20,000 nucleotides of DNA from Acidimicrobiia bacterium (GTDB lineage Bacteria > Actinomycetota > Acidimicrobiia > Spongiisociales > JAENVV01). A model generated the notes under the pieces. That model made no database searches and was not told the origin of the DNA. It saw only the letters and a list, made by a program, of their open reading frames with translations. The stretch covers positions 50,247-70,246 of the forward strand of contig JBFGJH010000010.1 of the NCBI GenBank assembly GCA_041577335.1, in the 5' to 3' direction. Shown in pieces: positions 16,286 through 20,000 of the stretch (its first letter is position 1; each line of letters starts with the position of its first letter). Made by a program: the position numbers and the translations under genes.

Positions 16286-17798
16286 GGTCCGTCGAGCACT
16301 CGTCTCGGTCTACGACAAGGCGGGGCTGGTTCCCTTCGGCGCGCGGTTGGCACGAGCCGGCGTTGAGATCGTGTCTTCGGGCGGCACTGCGTCTGCCTTG
16401 ACGGACGCCGGTATACCGGTCACGCCTGTGGAGTCCGTGACGGGAGCGGCAGAGATGCTCGGCGGCCGGGTGAAGACGCTCCACCCCCGCATCCACGGCG
16501 GCATCCTGGCAAACCTCGACGATGACTCCCATCGTCGCGACCTCGTCGAGCACGAAATCGAGGCATTCCAGCTCGTCGTCGTGAACCTCTACCCCTTCGC
16601 GGACACCGTTGCCCAGGTCGGCACCACTGAGGCCGAAGCCATCGAGAAGATCGACATCGGCGGCCCGACGATGGTCCGGGCGGCAGCAAAGAACCATGCG
16701 CATGTCGGCGTGATCACCTCGCCGGAGCAGTACGACGAAGTGGCCGTAGCCGTCGAATCCGGTGGCCTCGACGACAGCTTGCGGCTCAAACTGGCCAAAG
16801 CTGCCTTCTTTCAAACGGCCGCGTACGACGCCGCCATCGTCGGCTGGTTCGAGCGCCATGATCCATTGCCAGAGCGTGCCGCATTTGCCCTGCGACGCTC
16901 AAAGGTGTTGCGCTACGGCGAGAACCCGCATCAGGGTGCCGCCATATATGGAGAGCCTCGGGGCTTTGGGTGGTGGGCTCGGGCCGAGCAGCTGCAAGGC
17001 AAAGAAATGTCATTCAACAACTACGCCGACACGGAAGCGGCGTGGCGTCACGTCACATCGTTCGACCAACCTGCCTGTGTGATCGTGAAGCATGCCAACG
17101 CGTGCGGTGCAGCCACCGCCACCACGCTGGATGCTGCTTTCCAGGCAGCCTGGACGTGTGACCCGGTCTCGGCGTTTGGAAGTGTCATCGCACTGAACCG
17201 GCCGCTCGACACCAAGACGGCGGACGCGATCGCCGCGGCAGGGTTTGTCGAGATTGTGATCGCCCCAGACGTCGTCGACGCCGGTGGGCTCGCAGCCAAA
17301 CCGAACCTGCGGCTCCTGAAAGCTCCGGTTCCCGATCCGAACGATCCTGACTGGCGCCGTATGGATGGAGGATTCCTCCTGCAGGATCGCGACAGAGCTC
17401 AGTTGAGCCGCGAGGACATCGAGGTCGTGAGCAGTCGACCCCCAACTGCCGCAGAGCTCGACGACTTGATGTTCGCCTGGACGGTGGCAGCTCACACCAA
17501 ATCGAACGCCATCGTGGTTGCCGCCGGAGGCGCCGCCGTTGGTGTTGGAGCAGGCGACCAGAGCCGGGTTGGCGCAGCCCGGCGTGCCTTGCGGCAGGCC
17601 GGCGAGCGCGCCCGGGGGGCAGTGGCGGCCAGCGATGCCTTCTTTCCTTTCCGGGACGGCGTCGATTTGTTGGGGTCCGCAGGGGTGACAGCGATCATCC
17701 AACCGGGCGGGTCGAAGGGCGACAGCGCCGTCATCGAAGCCGTCAACGAGCTGAGCATCGCGATGGTGCTGACACATAGGAGGCACTTCCTACATTGA
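16278..17798 (+). CDS. purH: Bifunctional AICAR transformylase / IMP cyclohydrolase
   Basis: ATG 16278 overlapping the end of purN, giving 506 aa. Motifs [48 protein letters not shown] and RHF.H. Confidence 0.97.
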   Translation: MIEVRRALVSVYDKAGLVPFGARLARAGVEIVSSGGTASALTDAGIPVTPVESVTGAAEMLGGRVKTLHPRIHGGILANLDDDSHRRDLVEHEIEAFQLVVVNLYPFADTVAQVGTTEAEAIEKIDIGGPTMVRAAAKNHAHVGVITSPEQYDEVAVAVESGGLDDSLRLKLAKAAFFQTAAYDAAIVGWFERHDPLPERAAFALRRSKVLRYGENPHQGAAIYGEPRGFGWWARAEQLQGKEMSFNNYADTEAAWRHVTSFDQPACVIVKHANACGAATATTLDAAFQAAWTCDPVSAFGSVIALNRPLDTKTADAIAAAGFVEIVIAPDVVDAGGLAAKPNLRLLKAPVPDPNDPDWRRMDGGFLLQDRDRAQLSREDIEVVSSRPPTAAELDDLMFAWTVAAHTKSNAIVVAAGGAAVGVGAGDQSRVGAARRALRQAGERARGAVAASDAFFPFRDGVDLLGSAGVTAIIQPGGSKGDSAVIEAVNELSIAMVLTHRRHFLH

Positions 17799-18652
17799 GC
17801 GCCCAGATTCTCGACGGGAAAGCCGTCGCCGAGACCGTGAAATCCGATGTGACTGCCCGAGTCACCCTGCTCGGCGACCGGGGAATGTCGGTGGGCCTGG
17901 CAACTGTGCTCGTTGGCGACGACCCGGCGTCGCACGTCTACGTGCGCAATAAGCGCCGCTTGGCCGCAGCCACCGGCATCATGTCGTTTCACCACGAGTT
18001 GCCATCGGACACCACACAAGCGGAGGTCGAGGAACTGATCCTCGCACTCAACGACGACCCGCAGGTGGACGGAATACTCGTGCAGCTGCCGTTGCCGGCC
18101 GGCCTCGACTCCGATCTGATCACGGAGTTGATCGATCCCACCAAAGACGTCGACGGATTGCATCCGCACAATCTCGGGTTGCTCGTGCTCGACCGGCCGC
18201 TGCTGGCGCCGTGCACCCCGAGGGGCGTCATGCGGATCCTCGACCATCACGGCATTGAGACGCGGGGCGCCAACGCCGTCATTGTGGGCCGCTCTTTCCT
18301 GGTGGGACGGCCGCTGGGCCTGCTGCTTGGGGCTCGCGGCGCCGACGCCACCGTCACTCTGGCTCATTCGCGGACCCGCGATTTGGCAGCCACCACTCGC
18401 CAGGCCGACATTCTCGTGGCTGCCGTGGGTGTGCCACTGTTGATCGGCGGTGACTTCGTGAAACCAGGGGCGACCGTCATCGACGTCGGGATCAACCGAA
18501 CCGACGAGAATCGATTGGTTGGCGACGTCGACTTCGATGCGGTCGTGCACGTCGCGGGGGCGATCACTCCTGTGCCCGGCGGCGTGGGCCCGATGACGGT
18601 TGCGATGCTGATGGACAACACGGTGTCGGCGGCGGAGCGTCGAGCCGGCTAG
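17795..18652 (+). CDS. folD: Bifunctional methylenetetrahydrofolate dehydrogenase/cyclohydrolase
   Basis: TTG start overlapping the purH stop, with SD AGGAGG at 17778-17783. Motifs [36 protein letters not shown] and [10 protein letters not shown]. Confidence 0.97.
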   Translation: MSAQILDGKAVAETVKSDVTARVTLLGDRGMSVGLATVLVGDDPASHVYVRNKRRLAAATGIMSFHHELPSDTTQAEVEELILALNDDPQVDGILVQLPLPAGLDSDLITELIDPTKDVDGLHPHNLGLLVLDRPLLAPCTPRGVMRILDHHGIETRGANAVIVGRSFLVGRPLGLLLGARGADATVTLAHSRTRDLAATTRQADILVAAVGVPLLIGGDFVKPGATVIDVGINRTDENRLVGDVDFDAVVHVAGAITPVPGGVGPMTVAMLMDNTVSAAERRAG

Positions 18653-18708
18653 GTGGGTTCGGCACCGGCGTGCGATAATCGCCCGATGCAACCGAGGAGC
18701 GAGTGAAT

Positions 18709-19917
18709 ATGGGAACGGCCATCACCATGGGGCCGGATGGCCTGCAGGTGCCTGACGATCCGATCGTGCCATTCATCGAGGGTGACGGAATCGGACCGGA
18801 CATCTGGGCGGCGGCGGTCAGGGTCTTCGATAGCGCAGTCGAAGAAGCGTACGGGGGATCTCGCAAGATCGAGTGGCGGGAAGTGTTGGCAGGCGAGAAG
18901 GCCTACAACGCAACGGGCGAATGGTTGCCCCAGGAAACGGTCGACGCATTCCAGACCTACCTCGTCGGCATCAAGGGCCCGCTGACGACGCCGGTCGGCG
19001 GCGGCATCCGCAGTCTCAACGTGGCGCTCCGCCAGCTCCTCGATCTCTATGTGTGCATTCGGCCTGTGCGTTGGTTCACCGGTGTGCCGTCGCCCGTCAA
19101 AGAGCCGAATCTGGTTGACATGGTCATCTTTCGGGAGAACACCGAGGACGTCTATGCCGGCAAGGAGCTCGAAGCCGAGAGCGACGACGCCGCCAAGCTC
19201 ATCGAGTTCGTGCGCAAGGAGTACGGATGGGAGATCAGGCCAGACTCCGGGCTCGGCCTCAAGCCCGTGTCCATCACCGGCTCGAAACGGCTGGTTCGAG
19301 CAGCCATCCAATATGCGATCGCCAACGGCCGCAAGTCGGTCACCCTCGTCCACAAGGGCAACATCATGAAGTTCACCGAAGGGGCGTTCCGGAACTGGGG
19401 TTATGAAGTCGCCAAGGATGAGTTCGCCGACCAGGTGGTCTCCTGGGAAGAGAGCGGCGGTGACCCTGGTGACAAGATCCTCATCCAGGACGTGATCGCC
19501 GACGCCATGCTGCAGCAGGTGCTGACCCGGCCTGCCAACTACGATGTCATCGCCACGATGAACCTGAACGGCGACTACATCTCCGACGCTCTGGCGGCGC
19601 AGGTGGGCGGGATCGGAATCGCCCCCGGTGGCAACATCAACTACGAGAACGGCATTGCCGTGTTCGAGGCGACGCACGGCACCGCCCCGAAGTACGCGGG
19701 GCAGGACAAGGTCAACCCGGGCTCGGTGATCCTTTCCGGCGATCTGATGCTTCGCTACATGGGCTGGACCGAGGCCGCGGATCTCATCGTGAATGCCCTC
19801 GAAACCACCATTGGCGAGAACATCGTGACATACGACTTTGCTCGCCTCATGGAGGGGGCCACCGAGGTGAAGACATCTGAGTTCGCCGATGCCATGATCG
19901 CCCGAATGTCCGCCTGA
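18709..19917 (+). CDS. icd: NADP-dependent isocitrate dehydrogenase (homodimeric, E. coli/Bacillus type)
   Basis: [49 protein letters not shown] and [20 protein letters not shown] at 18694-18699; ATG 18709, or GTG 18703. Confidence 0.96.
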   Translation: MGTAITMGPDGLQVPDDPIVPFIEGDGIGPDIWAAAVRVFDSAVEEAYGGSRKIEWREVLAGEKAYNATGEWLPQETVDAFQTYLVGIKGPLTTPVGGGIRSLNVALRQLLDLYVCIRPVRWFTGVPSPVKEPNLVDMVIFRENTEDVYAGKELEAESDDAAKLIEFVRKEYGWEIRPDSGLGLKPVSITGSKRLVRAAIQYAIANGRKSVTLVHKGNIMKFTEGAFRNWGYEVAKDEFADQVVSWEESGGDPGDKILIQDVIADAMLQQVLTRPANYDVIATMNLNGDYISDALAAQVGGIGIAPGGNINYENGIAVFEATHGTAPKYAGQDKVNPGSVILSGDLMLRYMGWTEAADLIVNALETTIGENIVTYDFARLMEGATEVKTSEFADAMIARMSA

Positions 19918-20000
19918 TGGCGGACATTCGGGTTCGAGAAGCGCAGAGCGCTTCTCGGCGCCCGCGTATTTCGTCGGAGAGAGTCCGCCTGATGGCGGAC
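19901..20000. repeat. Hairpin array with an 18-nt palindromic direct repeat at the icd 3' end (truncated by the window edge)
   Basis: 14-bp perfect hairpin at 19901-19932 (loop TGAT) and 10-bp perfect hairpin at 19935-19957. GTCCGCCTGATGGCGGAC occurs at 19908-19925 and 19983-20000. Confidence 0.8.

Noticed and set aside
19908..20000. CRISPR array at the window end (75-nt period)
   Set aside because: Only two 18-nt copies are visible, the first overlaps the icd coding end, and the intervening sequence is itself a perfect hairpin. It cannot be fully excluded without downstream sequence.

Overview
GC-rich bacterial chromosomal segment, most likely Actinomycetota (Acidimicrobiia-like; inferred from gene order, the guaB3 gene and TANNNT/leaderless promoters). 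Gene order: the 5' end of aceE on the minus strand, then on the plus strand trpS, a CPBP protease, guaB3-guaA, a three-gene signalling insert (CheA-REC hybrid, REC-GAF protein, sensor-less histidine kinase), pcrA, a B12-binding mutase small subunit, sucCD, an extended SDR, purN-purH-folD and icd. The most interesting signals are non-coding or regulatory. (1) A ~330-nt element at 2226-2557 has two inverted, diverged arms with four hairpins each. The stems show compensatory changes, while the loops and linkers stay complementary, which fits a multi-junction kissing-loop RNA or a REP/REPIN-like element. (2) A Trp-Trp leader-peptide attenuator precedes trpS. (3) A sigma-28/WhiG-type promoter precedes a CheA cassette with no chemoreceptor. 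(4) Perfect palindromes recur at gene ends, including a repeated hairpin overlapping the icd stop codon.
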